64,000 nucleotides of DNA from Rhynchobatus australiae (lineage: Eukaryota). Below, one piece after another: positions 63,216-64,000 of this stretch (position 1 is the first letter of the stretch; every line of letters starts with the position of its first letter). The notes below the pieces were generated by a model. The model saw nothing but the letters and a program-made list of their open reading frames with translations, searched no databases and was not told where the DNA came from. The DNA lies in assembly GCA_034780895.1 (NCBI GenBank), contig JAUZTB010000118.1, positions 23,528,096 through 23,592,095 of the forward strand, written 5' to 3'. A program made the translations under genes and the position numbers.

Positions 63216-64000
63216 TTTTGCCCTTGTCATTTGCAAAACTTGCTGATACCTGACCAAACTCTTCAATTGCTATTGTTGTGATCTCCAAACTTCAGAAGCA
63301 AGATATTCTCTGCCACATTTCCTTTTCAAAGGAATGGAGGCAAAGGAGGGTTGTCAAAATAATGCCCCAAGTCACACTATTCATGCACCTTCTCAGACAG
63401 TTCTGAACTTGCTCAGTTTAAACAGCATCTCAAACAATATAAAACACATATTAAAATTTCTGGCACTACATCACTGTCCTCAACTGACTTAGTCATTGAT
63501 TTTGGAAAATACACCCTATAAAAAATTAACCTGACAATGGAGCAGCTGCAGCATGTCTGTGGAACATTTTAAACTGAATGGATTTTTTGGTTCAGGTTAC
63601 TGGGATTGCCACATACACGTTGGTTAAGGACCTATTACTGTCATCAGTCACACTGCACAAATAAAGCATATTCTATTTAATTGCAAATGAGCTTTGTAAC
63701 CCAATCTGGAATAGATTTAAAATACTTCGATTGCAATCAATGCCCGTGAAGTTCTCTTGTGGTTCAGGGAGGTTTCTTTAAGTTCTCTCCCACCCTTTGG
63801 TTTGGTAGCTTAAAGGTCAGAGCACTTAACTCCCAACCATGAAGGTTAAGAATGTAAGTCCCATGGCTGTCTGTTTCTTAAACTATCATGAATCAATTGA
63901 ATGATTTTTTTCTCCAGAAGCTGTTGGACGGATGGACTGCTCACTGTGCAGAGCTTGACTGGTGGAACCTCAAATCCTGCCAGCCTATCAAAGCACATCA

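Overview
Eukaryotic, repeat-rich, AT-rich draft-assembly sequence with many N gaps. It is almost certainly from a cartilaginous fish (shark/ray), judging by HE1-type V-SINEs, CR1-like LINE tails, Rex1/Babar LINEs and Penelope-like elements. It reads as a long intron or intergenic region. I find no intact protein-coding gene, rRNA, tRNA or CRISPR array, and nearly all ORFs in the track are TE remnants, N-run artefacts or chance. The most notable observations are: (1) a dispersed Penelope-derived family whose copies jointly reconstruct a minimal type-I hammerhead ribozyme motif, several arranged as fold-backs; (2) a three-layer nested retroelement insertion with readable target-site duplications at 45.3-46.4 kb; (3) a composite SINE + LINE tail + unique module duplicated 13.6 kb apart; (4) unverified minus-strand exon candidates in a TE-poor interval at 48-52 kb; (5) a hierarchical ~38-bp minisatellite. 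TE boundaries were set by eye and are approximate. Family names come from motif recognition, not database searches. I see no convincing evidence of a wholly new biological system.
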